Assembly: GCA_030390025.1 (NCBI GenBank)
Contig: CM059433.1
Span: 28,460,001 to 28,524,000 of the forward strand
DNA from: Squalus acanthias
Lineage: Eukaryota
Direction of reading: 5' to 3'
DNA length: 64,000 bases
In this document: piece by piece, positions 50,474 to 62,512 of the stretch
How positions within the stretch are numbered: position 1 is the first letter of the stretch
How the letters are laid out: the number at the start of each line of letters is the position of its first letter
Made by a program: the position numbers and the translations under genes
Notes under the pieces: generated by a model
Seen by the model: the letters and a program-made list of their open reading frames with translations, nothing else
Database searches by the model: none
Told to the model about the DNA's origin: nothing

Positions 50474-51345
50474 ACAACAACAACAACAACAACTTGTATT
50501 TATAAAGCACCTTTAACGTAGTAAATCATCCCAAGGCACTTCACAGGAGTATTTTAAGACAATAAATTTGACACCGAGCCACATAAGGAGAAATTAGGGC
50601 AGGTGACCAAAAGCTTGGTCAGAGAGGTAGGTTTTAAGGCGCGTCTTAAAGGAGGAAAGAGAGGTAGCGAGGCGGAGAGGTTTAGGCAGGGAATTCCAGA
50701 GCTTAGGGCCCAGGCAACAGAAGACACAGCCACCAATGGTTGAGCGATTATAATCAGGGATGCTCAAGAGGGCAGAATTTGAGGAGCGCAGATATCTCGG
50801 GGGGTTGTGGGGCTGAAGGAGATTACAGAGATAGGAAGGGGCGAAGCCATGGAGGGATTTGAAAACAAGGATGAGAATTTTGAAATCGAGGCGCTGCTTA
50901 ACCGGGAGCCAATGTAGGTCAGCGAGCACAGGGGTGATGGGCGAACAGGACTTGGTGCGAGTTAGGACACGGGCAGTTGAGTTTTGGATGACAAGTTTAC
51001 ATAGGGTAGAATGTGGGAGGCCAGCCAGGAGTGCGTTGGAATAGTCAAGTCTAGAGGTAACAAAGGCATAGATGAGGGTTTCAGCAGCAGATGAGCTGAG
51101 GCAAGGGCGGAGACAGGCGATGTTACGGTGGTGTAAATAGGCGGTCTTTGTTATGCTGCGGATACGTGGTCGGAAGCTCATTTCAGGGTAAAATATGACG
51201 CCAAGGTTGCGAACAGTGTGGTTCAGCCTCAGACAGATGTTAGGGAGAGGGATGGAGTCAGTGGCTAGGGAACAGAGTTTGTGGTGGGGACCGCAAACAA
51301 TGGCTTCAGTCTTCCCAATATTTAATTGGAGAAAATTTCTGCTCA
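50474..51345 (-). mobile_element. L2 LINE 3' fragment (250-aa open ORF2 C-terminus) nested in the CR1 5' region
   Basis: MSRNFLQLNIGKTE...AFVTSRLDYSNALL...FKTRLKTYL and a (gtt)n tail. Confidence 0.93.
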
Positions 51346-53889
51346 CTTACCTTGCTGCCTGAAGCTCACGCTCCCTCTGGGCTCTCGGGCCTACCATTAT
51401 CTGCGGCCGCTCCTCTCGCTATCCCTCAGGTTCGCTCTCGTGTCTATTACTTTAGAGACCTTGGGTTCTGTGGCTCCACTCCTCCTTTTCAGTCAGACAT
51501 CTCACCCGCCTTCCTCCTCTCCACCAATTGCTGCGCTCACCAAATTCCTCCGCTCTGCTTGCGATCCACTCCGTTTGCGTTCTGCAAGCTCTGTGCTTTT
51601 GCAAACTAGTCCCTAATATATACCTTTTGAGAGTCAAACAATCCACAACTGCTTAATCAGCTTCTAGCTCACAGCTTTTACCACCTGCTCAAGCAACCAC
51701 TGATAGCTGCTAACTGCCACTGACCATGCAGTTTCTTTTATGTTACAAGATAAAGCCAAATTCCAATCTGATGATTACTTACCTTATACCTACCAGTGAA
51801 TTTCTCTTCTCCACCGATTGCTGCACTCACCAAATTCCTCCACTCTTTGCGATCCACTCCATTTGCATTCTTCCAGCTCTGTCTCCAAGCTCTGTGCGCA
51901 AGCTCCTCTCGCTTAAAGTTAAACATGTTTCCCCAATTTGCTCTGCTCCTTGCCTGAAGATGCTTTCTCCTACTGAGGGGCAGTAGCTTGAGTACCACCT
52001 TTCAGTATCTCACAGAAGTGGCCATTTTTTATAAACATTAGATAATGTCGAAGACACGAAAAGGCCATTCAGTCCATCCTTCTGGTACGCTTGACACTCA
52101 CAGCCTTTTGATTGCCCTAATCGCTTTAATTTTACTACCTTCCTTGGGCATACGCAGAGTCTAGCGCGCAGAGTCTTGCATTTGATAAAGTGCCCAGGAA
52201 ATGGATTACAAACCCATTCTGGTATTTGCTTTAAGCTACTGCATGTAGGTTTTGGACAATAAGGGAATCAAGAGATATGGGGATCGGGCGGGAAAGTGGA
52301 GTTGAGGTCGATGATCAGCCATGATCTTATTGAATGACGGAGCGGGCTCGAGGGGCTGTATTGTCTACTCCTGCTCCTACTTCTTATGTTCTTCAGTATT
52401 TTATGGCTCATAATTCTCACTCCAGTCTTGGAAAGTGGTAGAGCACTGTATCAGACCTTGCTTTAGGTTTAAACTATTAAGTAAATCTGTTTAACAAAAG
52501 ATGAACATAAGTAAGTCATTGGACATCCTTCCACCTAATTCTTTGAGTGGACAAAATCAGAAAAAGATCGCAAACTGAAGAATATCCTGGAAAAGATTCA
52601 ACCAGCGCTTCCTGTGTCTTGGAGAGACCGCCACTCAAACTTAACAAAAGAAACTATCGGCCAGATACGAACTGAACCAATCACGCAGCATTGAGTTTGA
52701 ATTGTTCCTCTCTCCCATGAAACGTGCAACATTGTGTTGGAATAAGCTTGACCCAGAAATATGAACTGCAATTGGTTTTTTAAACTGTTTTGTGTGGATT
52801 TAAAGGGCAGCCACGAAATCAAAAGTGAATAAAAATAGAGCTAATTCTTGTCACACGAAATCTACCCATGGAACCTCAAGAGTACGTTTAGTTTGCACTT
52901 CCCTCATGGCAGTGAGTGACTTCCACTGCAATGTAGATTGATTCCATTTATCACGGGCTAATTATGGTTCTTTCCCTTACACCAATTTCTCACATCCTGT
53001 TGGGATTGGTGTCTCGGATTTCCAGAATCAGTATCTATGTGCCGACCATTTACTTTCAGGCCTCTTAAGCCATTGATTTGATCTGTCTTCAGCCGTGTAG
53101 GCCCTAAGCTCTGGAATTCCCTCCCCAAACCTCTCTGCCTCTTTACCCTTCTCTCTGCCTCTTTACCCTTCTCTCCTCCTTTAAATCGCTCCTTAAAACC
53201 TACCTCTTTTACCAAGCTTTTGGTCATCTGCCCATATATCTCCTTATGTGGCTCAGTGTCGAGGTTTGTCTGATTACATGCCTGTGACGTGCCTTGGGAC
53301 GTTTCACCACGTTAAAGGCGCCATATAAATGCAAGTTTTTGTCACTGCCTGTGATCACGGATTCCAGTTATCGTGACACTTTTAACTGCATATTGTGTCT
53401 TTGTTTAAGTATATTAGCTGCATGATGAAAAAAAAGGTTCTGGAATGCTTCACCAAAAAAAGTGTTCCAAAAATGAGGGAAATCACCATCCATCGTGAGA
53501 ATAGATTATTGGCTCAGATTAGGCAATCTTCTATAGTGACTAGATTCACGAAACAGGATGGTGGATAAGTGATGAATTTGTTGACTCAGTGCGCTTTACA
53601 AAAGCCTGGTCATCTCTTCTCCAGTGTGATATTTATAATTCCAGTAATGCCAACCCCAAATCATGAGACAAACTCTGAAAAATCATGAGGTTTGGTAAGA
53701 ATACATAAGTTGGTATTTTTTGGTTTATAAACCTCATTAGTGGCTTTATTTAATCTCTAACAGGTCACAGCTCTTTACAAAAACTGTATCACTGCATCTG
53801 AAAATGCTTTACAAAAATCTTTAAAAAAAAAATCCTACCCATTATCACCACAATTCGCGAGTTGGGGTAAATTAGATGAAGGGACTGAG

Positions 53890-54830
53890 CGCAATGTATC
53901 CAAGTTTGCTGACAATACAAAGCTGGGTGGGAAAGTAAGCTGTGAGGAGGACACAGAGCCTGCAAAGGGATATAGACAGGTACAGTAAGTGGGCAATAAG
54001 GTGGCAGATGGAGTATACTATGAGGAAATGTGAGGTTATTCACTTTGGTAGGAAGAATAGAAAAACAATATTTTTTAAATGGTAAGAAACTATTAAATGT
54101 TGGTGTTCAGAGAGATTTAGGTGTCCTCATACAGGAAACACAAAGTTAGCATGCAGGTACAGCAAACAATTAGGAAGGCTAATGGCATGTTGGCCTTTAT
54201 TGCAAGGGGGTTGGAGTACAAGAGTAAGGAAGTCTTACTACAATTATACAGGGCTTTGGTGAGACCACACCTGGAGTACCGTGCATAGTTTTAGTCTCCT
54301 TATCTGAGGAAGGACAGACTTGCCTTAGAGGCAGTGCAACGAAGGTTCACTAGATTGATTCCTGGGATGAGAGGGTCCTCCTATGAGGAGAGAATGTGTA
54401 GATTAGGGCTATACTCTCTGGAGTTTAGAAGAATGAGAGGTGATCTCATTGAAACATATAAGATTCTGAGGGGGGATTGGCAGGGTAGATGCTGAGAGGT
54501 TGTTTCTCCTGGCTGGAGAGTCTAGAACTAGGGGACATAGTCTCAGGATAGGGAGTTGCCCATTTATGACTGAGATGAGGAAGAATTTCTTTATTCAGAG
54601 GGTTGTGAATCTTTGGAATTCTCTACCCCAAAGGGCTGTGGATACTGAATCGTTGAGTATATTCAAGGCTGAGATTGATAGATTTTTGAACTCTAAGGGA
54701 ATCAAAGGATATGGGGATCAGGCGGGAAAGTGGAGTTGAGGTCGAACATCAGCCATGATCTTATTGAATGGCAGAGCAGGCTTGAGGGGCTGTATGGCCT
54801 ACTCCTGCTCCGAATTCTTATGTTCTTATG
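53890..54830 (+). mobile_element. CR1 LINE 3' fragment
   Basis: VSKFADNTKLGG through RKNFFIQRVVNLWNSLP, and a ttcttatg tail. Confidence 0.92.
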
Positions 54831-54949
54831 TCATTAAACTGAAACATGGAACTGTGCAGATGCGAGAAATTCGAAAGGAAAAGCATGAGTTTTTACAGTT
54901 GACATCTGTGGCGAGAGTACGTTTCATGTCTGCACTCTGCCTCTGCACC

Positions 54950-55372
54950 TGCTTAAAACCTGTTTAATATCTCTAACTTTTTCCAGTTCTGACGAAAGGT
55001 CATCAACCTAAAATGTTAACTCTGTTTCTCTCTCCACAGTTGCTGCCTGACCTGCTGAGTATTTCCAGCATTTTCTGTCCTTTTTTCAAATTTCCAGCAT
55101 CCGCAGTATTTTGCTTTTGTGTTAACGTTTCAGGTCGGTGAGCTTTCAGCAGAACTGGAAAAACTTAAGAGATGTAACAGGTTTTAAGCAAGTACAGAAA
55201 GCAATGAAGGTGAACAAGGTAAAAGAGACAAATGGAAATCCCGTCAGATAGAAGAGCAGAACTTCTTCAAGCTGGGCATTCCGAGAAGAGAATTGGCAGT
55301 GAATTAAACACAAAGTGCAGATGTTGGAAATCTGAAATAAAAGCAGAAAATGCTGGAAATACTCAGAGCATC
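54950..55372. mobile_element. Two oppositely oriented Penelope-type pLTR units with degenerate hammerheads
   Basis: + unit: hammerhead 54985-55021 (GAAA mutated) plus tail. - unit: tail at ~55310-55372 and hammerhead at 55121-55158. Confidence 0.75.
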
Positions 55373-56354
55373 TTGGAGTTGATTGGATTGATTGACTGGG
55401 ACGCAGGAAGCTGGTGGATATGTTAGAGGATGGATGGATGTTTTTATAAGTTACTGATTCAAAATAAAAGGGTTCACAGCATTTCCAGTAGATATTCACA
55501 GATTTATTAAGCATATGGTAACTATTATTGACAATAATTAAACATATACTTATGGGGAAATAAGTGCAAGTTTTTACCGGAGAATCTACACAAAGTTGTC
55601 AGTTGATCAGGTCTCGTTGGATTCCAAGGTCTCTCTTTTATACCGTCTTTTTGCCAATCCTGTTATGTTTTAATATTACCTAATGTTCATTTCATGTCCC
55701 CTGTCAATGACTTCAGTTTTACACATCCTGATTGATCTGTCAATCAAATCCTGAGGACGAAGACGGCTACAGAAATTCATGAGCTATCAAAGGCCTTCTA
55801 ACACTCCTGTGCGTGAATTACTTTTCCATCACCCTAGGCTGCATTCCTTTCGACAGATGTCATCTTCCAGGGTGGCCTTCAGATACAGTCGTTTATGTAT
55901 CGATACAGCCACCTTCAACCTTAAAGACACAGAACCACCATAAAATTGTCACACCTCTCTTTCGGCCCTGTGAAGTTAAAAGACGAATAATTTACAAGAT
56001 GTCATCCCATCTACGTACCCATTCGCACCTACAACCCTCTCAAGGTCTTGTTGCAGAATCTCAAGAGACAATCAAACTGCTCATGAGACCAGTTCCAATT
56101 GAAAAGTTACTGAACACAGTTAAATTAGTATAAAGAGAAATCGATCGCAGTTCCATTTGATTAACCCTTCGCTAACAGAGAGAATTTGGGCTGTGGAATT
56201 CTGAATCAGCTGAAATTCATGAAGGGTAGAGAAAGGGGGGGCTGGTTAAGAAATCGATTCTTGAGGTGATGAAGGCGTGAGGAAGGCAGGGGTATAAAGG
56301 GCCAATGTTCCAGAGGTGGAGGCGAATAGTCTCAGCAAGGTGTGGTGAAAAGTT

Positions 56355-56660
56355 ATTTTCTCTAGAAAAGAGAAGGCTGAGGGGTAACCTGATAGAGGTT
56401 TTTAAGATTATAATAGGGTTTGACATAGAGATGTTTCCACTTGTTGGGGAGACCAAAACTAGGGGCCATAAATATAAGATAATCACTAATAAATCTAATA
56501 AGGAATTCATTAAAAACTTCTTTACCCAGTGTGGTTAGAATGTGGAATGCGCTGATAGGTTTAGATGAAAAGGGATGGGAGGAGGCTCGTGTGGAGCATA
56601 AACACTGGCATAGGCCAGTAGGGCCGAATGGCCTGTTTCTGTACTGTAAATACTATGTAA
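56355..56660 (+). mobile_element. CR1 LINE 3' fragment
   Basis: FSLEKRRLRGNLIEVFKII motif. Same subfamily as 4085-4625. Confidence 0.85.
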
Positions 56661-57807
56661 AAAGCTGAGGGTAAAAAGGGACGCTAAGGTGTGATTGAGC
56701 ATTCAGGCAGGTTAATTGAGTCAGTGCCCGAGACACTTAGATACTAGCAAAAGTTGAACAGGATAGTTTTAGTTTTGCTGATAAACTGAGGCATGGAGAT
56801 TCTTGTCCCTTTCAATTTTTCTAAGGTTCAGTTTCTTCCTAGGCTCCTAACCCAATAAATACAAGTTTAGTAGGAATGGCCATGCATAGTGAGCAATTCT
56901 TTAGATTGGCTTCCCTTGTTCAAGTCTAGTGTCAAATATTTGCTAATGTAACAGAGCAATTTGTGCAGAAAGAAAAATAAAAAAATAGACCCAGTCTAAC
57001 GAGCGGTTGCATCTGAAACATTTAATTTAACTTTCTCTTTCAGTTGCTGGCTGGTCTTTCCTGCACTTCCAGCATTTTCTGTTATTTTTCTTACCGATTT
57101 CTAGCATTAGTAATTTATTTAAAATCTCTAAGTGCACTATGTGTGCTGTGATTCCCAAAGTACGGACTTCCAACAATGCCATTTAATGAGGGGGGGAAAA
57201 CCAATAACGAACAGAGCTGACTCGCAATGAGAGATCAAAGACTCCTACCACACATAATCCATCTGGTTTTGGAGAACATTTGAATGTCTTGTGCTTTTAG
57301 AAACCCATTATGATTTAACAACCAGAGCTGTTTATCTCAACAAGATGAAAGTGCAGCAGACAATGCTGGTTTGTTATACTAATAGTCATTGTAAAAGCAT
57401 ACTAAGAGTTTCATGACGGTTTTAAAACTGTGTTCAACAGTGACTGAGCATGGGGCTAGTGTGCCATTTACTGCACTTGTTTTAATTTTGGCCTCAGCAA
57501 ATGCCAATCTATCTGCTGTACATGTGATGTTTGGTTAGTACTCAGTTGGGTCTAGAAAGAGAATGAAAGAGGGCAGGCTGCCCTGCCTCGACTTTAGTTT
57601 TAAGCCATCAGGGAGTCTGCAATTGCACTGTTCAATCCAGATTTTCATTCCGATGTCTTTTTCATTTCTTTGCAAGAAAGTACTGTCTCATCCTTCAAGA
57701 TTGTGGAACTCCTTACCATCCTTCAGTTATCCCTTCCTCTTCCAATCTCCGGTCAGCTGGACTCAGTCGCCCCTGAACCAGAAGGTTGTGGGTTCAAGCT
57801 CCAATAA

Positions 57808-58270
57808 AGAAAAAGACAAAAAATTTGCATTTATATAGCTCCTTTCATAACCTCAGGACGTCCCAAAATGCTTTAGTGCCAATTAAGTACTTTTTGAAGT
57901 GCAGTTACCTGTTATAATGTAGGAAACGCAGCAGCCAATTTGCGCACAGCAAGCTCCCACAAACAGCAACGTGATAGCCACCAGATCATCTGTTTTAGTG
58001 ATGTTGGTTGAAGGATAAATATTGGTCAGGACACTGGGGGAGAACTCCCCTGCTCTTCTTCCAAATAGTGCCTTCCAAATAGTTACATCCACCTGAGAGG
58101 GCAGAGAGGGCCTTGGTTTAACGTATCATCCAAAAGACGGCACCTCTGACAGTGCAGTTCTCACTCAATACTGCACTGGAGTGTCAGCCTACATTTTGTG
58201 CTCAAGTCTCTGGAGTGGGACTTGAACCCACAACCTTCTGACTCCGAGGTGTGAGTACTACCCACTGAGC
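57808..58270 (-). mobile_element. DeuSINE/SacSINE1-like SINE
   Basis: Full-length match to the other copies. Confidence 0.82.
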
Positions 58271-60325
58271 ATTGGTTGATAATCCAGGACAGTGAGCACA
58301 TAATCTGACATGGGTGCTGTATTGAGGGAATGCTGCATTGCTGGAGGAGTATTCTTTCACATGAGGGACATTAAAATAAGGTCTGCTTGCCTACTCAGGT
58401 GGATGAGAAAAATTTTGAAGCACTATTTGAAGATCGGGGGAGTTCTCCAGGTATCCTGGCCAACATCTATTCCTCAACCAAGACCACCAAAACAGAATAA
58501 CTGGTTACATCGGATTGCGTTGCTATGTGTGGGATTTTGCTATGCTGGCAGATTGTGGGCTGTATTTTTTTTGCCTAGTATTTTGCAGCTCAGAAACAGG
58601 CCATTCAGCCCAACCAGTCCATGCTGGTGTTTATGCTCCCCACAATCCTCCTCCCACATTACTTCATCTCACCCTATCTGCATATCCTTCTATTCCTTTC
58701 TCCCTCATGTATTTATCTAGCTTCCCATTAAATACATCTATGATATTCTCCCCACTCTCTGGGTAAAGAAGTTTCTCCTGAATTCCCTATTGGATTTATT
58801 TTGCTGATCTACCAATAGTGACCACACTTCAAAAGTCATTAATTGGACATGAAGCATTTTGGGACGTCCTGCGGATGTGAAAGGCGCTATATAAATCAAG
58901 TTCTTTCTTTCTTGCAGCTCCTTAAAACTCAAGTTTGGAATCAATACTCCTCATTTGTCTTGTACTTTCCTACTCTTTTCAGATAATCTGTTTTTTTAGT
59001 GCTGTTGGTTGAAGGCTAAATATTGGCCAGGACATCAGGACCACGCCCCCCAGTAGCACTGGAGTTTCAGTCTGGATTCCATGCTGAAGAGTGGGATTTG
59101 AACCCACAACCTTCTGACTCAGAGGCAGGAGTTTTACCCACTGAGCCACAGCTGATACAAAGGCTAACTGATCAGAGGTTAAAGGTTACAAAAGAAACTC
59201 ACAAACAGGAAAAGCAAAATCGTACAATCCCGACAGCTATAAACAGGGCAGCATGTATTATTATCTTCATTAGTATTAATTGGACTACTTAGTCATGGAT
59301 TGTTAAATTAATAGGTGGCTAAACTTGAGGTCTTGAACACAGAACATTCTCAAGTATAATTGCCTGCTTGAAAAATCCTTTTGTAATCCCTATGGATATT
59401 TAATAATTGATGATTTATGCCTTACTTCATTTGCATTAGGTAAAGATGACCTTCACTGGATTATTAAAATGTTCTAAATGCACACAGATGAAGTAGGGAG
59501 GAGTTAAACAAGTGTGAACTCTATGCTCAGACGCTAAGGTAGGGGAAGCAAGGTGAAGAAATGTTAGTGCAAAATGCTTAAACATCTTCATTCATGTTGG
59601 ATGAAAATTCGTTAACTCTTGATGTAAAATCAGGCTCAAATGCCAATGATTGAATTCTTGAGTAAATTGGTTGATGTTGATTGTATGAATATAACAAACA
59701 GCAATTAGAACTGTGCAGTTATTTCACTTCATTGCTGGTTAATTTAAAAGTTCCATGCCAATTAATTTTTTCCCACAAGTTAACGAGGTGATTCCTTCCT
59801 CTGTTAAAATGAGAAACATTTTGAAAATTAATTTTTTTGACTATCATATAAGTATGCTTATAGTTATTAAAGGCCTACTTAGAAAGAGCAGCTTAGTGGA
59901 AATCGAGTGTAAAACGAGGAGAAAGGAATAGAAGTATAAGTTGATGGGGGTTAGATGAAGAGGGGTGGGAGGAGGCTCGGGTGGAGCATAAACACCGACA
60001 TAGACCTGCTGGGCCGAATGTGCTGTAAATTCTATGTAACATGTAAAGCCTAATTCAGACCTCTGGAACAGCTTCCAATCGTTCCAGCCTAACTATGGTG
60101 TCAGCTTGGCTCAGTTGGTAGAACTCTCACCTCGGAGTCAGAGGTTCATGGGTTGAAGCACCACCCCAGGACATATGATCTCGGCAGACCATAGTATTGA
60201 GAGAACACTGCATTGGCGGAGGCGCTGTGTTTTTCCGGAGATGTTAAACTTCTGCCTGTTCAGATGAAGAAAGAGCATGCATTTATATAGCGCTTTTCAC
60301 GACCTCAGGACATCCCAAAGTGCTT

Positions 60326-61395
60326 TACAACAACAACTTATATTTATATAACACCTTTAATGTAATAAGACATCCCAAGGCACTTCTCAGCAGTGTTATC
60401 AAAAAAAATGTGACACCGAGCCTTATAAGGGCATTTGACCAAAAGCTTGGTCAAAAAGGTAGGTTTTAAGAAGAGTCTTAAAGGAGGAAAGAGAAGTCGA
60501 GAGGCGGAGAGATTTAGGGAGGGAATTCCAGAGCTCGGGACCTAGGCAGTTGAAGGCACAACCGCCAATGATGGAGTGATTAAAATCGGGGATGTTCAAA
60601 AGTCCAGAATAGGTGGATCGCAGAGGTGGTGGGGGATTATAGGGCTGGAGGAGATTACAGAGATAGGGAGGGGCGAGGCCATGAAGGGATTTGAAAACAA
60701 GGATGAGAATTTTAAAATTGAGGCGTTGCTTAACTGTAGGTCAGCAAGCACAGGGGAGATGGGTGAGCGGGACGTGGTGTGAGTTAGCACACGGGCGGCA
60801 GAGTTTTGGATGACCTCAAGTTTATGGAGGGTAGGACTAGGGAGGCCGGCCAGGAGAGCATTGGAATTGTCAAGTCTAGAGGTGATAAAAGCATGGATGA
60901 GGGATTCAGCAGCAGATAAGTTGAGGTAAGGGTGGAGACAGACGATATTACGAAGGTGGAAATGGGCAGCCTTAGTGATAGAACGGAGATGAGGTAGGAA
61001 GCTCAATTCGTGATCAAATATGACACCAAGGTGGCAAACAGACTTGGTCAGCCTCAGACAGTTGCTGGAGAGAGAGATCGAATCGGTGGCAAGGGAACGG
61101 AGTTTGTGGTGTGAACCGAAGACAATGGCTTCAGTCTTCCCGATATTTAATTGGAGGAAATTTCTGCTCATCCAGTGCTGGATGTCGGACAAGCAGCCTG
61201 ATAGTATAGAGACGGTGGAGGGTTCGAGAGAGGTGGAGGAGAGATAGAGCTGGGTATCATCAGCGTACATGTAAAAAATCACGCTGTGTTGCCGGATGAT
61301 GTCACCGAGGGGCAGCATGTAGATGAGAAATAGGAGGGGGCCAATTATAGATCCTTGGGGGACACCAGAGGTAATGGTGCGGGAGCGGGAAGAGA
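60326..61395 (-). mobile_element. L2 LINE 3' fragment including the RT catalytic motif
   Basis: GVPQGSIIGPLLF, YADDTQLY, FLQLNIGKTE. Confidence 0.93.
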
Positions 61396-61805
61396 AATGA
61401 ATTAATTAAGAGAACTGGCCATTGAGCTCAGCTGCTGGTTGTGGAAACTTGCTGTGTGCAAAAATGGCTGTTGCCTTTGCCTATAAAACAACCGTGGCTA
61501 CACTTCAAAAGGAGTTGATCGGCTTTGAAGTGCGTAACGATATCCTAAGGATGTGAAAGGCATTATATAAAGTTCTTTAACTGCGGTGATCAGAGCATTC
61601 AAATTGGGGGGAAAACAAAACATGGATAGAGGTCAATCCCACTGGGGTATATCATCAGGAGCTTCCTCTTACAGGGAGGCTACGAATCACAAAGTCCAGA
61701 GAAGGGTTGATTCACCCACAATGACTTCAACTAATTTAAAGAGGAGACACAATTAACTGCTCCAGGAGAGCCTGTATACAAAGAGGTCCAATTTTAGTTA
61801 GGCCA

Positions 61806-62110
61806 GTGGAAAGTCCAACCCCATCGGAACACATCAAGGTCCTCCATCAATGGGATAACCACATGCAGCACATGGTACAGGTCTGTGCCCACTTTCCTGG
61901 TAGCAGTCATGATTCATTCATCCTGCACCAGTCCTCTGTGACCGTTATTCCAACCAGGGTGGCAGTTCGGAGGCTGGCTACTGGGTGCCAAGTCTCTCAT
62001 GACTCCTGTCAGGAACAGACCTCTAGTGGTGGCATGTCTACCATGAGGGCCATGCCGCCACTAGAAAGATCAGAAAGGTGTGAAGAAACCCTGCGTCTCC
62101 TCCAGCATTG
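61806..62110 (+). pseudogene. Decayed Harbinger (HARBI1/DDE_Tnp_4-like) transposase fragment
   Basis: VQVCAHFPGSSHDSFILHQSSV matches the Harbinger transposase motif (V.A..PGS.HDSFIL..S). Frameshifted and internally deleted. Confidence 0.8.
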
Positions 62111-62512
62111 CCAGTTGGCATAGCCAACCATGAATCCCAGCCTGTTTGCTTCCAGAGGGGGCACGGTGTGCAGGTGGGCTTGACTTCCTGCCGCATGTTG
62201 CATGCGACCTTCCCCTGCCAGAAAGAAGGGAGTGTGTTTGTGGCAGCCTTGTGAGATGTTTTGAGAATGTGCCTGTTGCGGTCGAATAGTGCAGATGTTG
62301 TGTGCAAGCTGTTAGATGTGGGGAGATGAGGGTTGCAATCGTGCTGTGAGCAGGAGATGCAGAGTGTGTGGGTAGGAAGGGCTGGAGTGAAGTATGTGCA
62401 GTGATTGAAGGAGAGTGAAGGGAAGTGGGGGAAGGGAATGTTGTAAGTCGTGAGGGTGCAATTGGTGTAGGTGTAAGCAGAGAGTAGTTGAGGTGCAATG
62501 TAAGATTCTTAC

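Larger units (their letters stand above)
45448..51620 (-). mobile_element. Near full-length, frameshifted CR1 LINE (ORF1 Zn-finger/coiled-coil plus SGNH esterase; ORF2 APE plus RT) with three nested insertions
   Basis: HMCRRCRQLEELELQVSELE; VCCLPGA..VVVHIGIND..DGLHLN (esterase); GDFNYSNIDW, SDH (APE); KSPGPDGMHPR, NYRPVSLTS, FADDTKLG (RT). The 5' boundary is uncertain. Confidence 0.93.

Noticed and set aside
50594..51346. 250-aa open ORF as a host gene or active element
   Set aside because: A 5'-truncated L2 ORF2 C-terminus lacking the endonuclease and RT core.
53131..53175. 20-bp tandem duplication ctctctgcctctttaccctt
   Set aside because: Ordinary slippage within an L2 pyrimidine tract.
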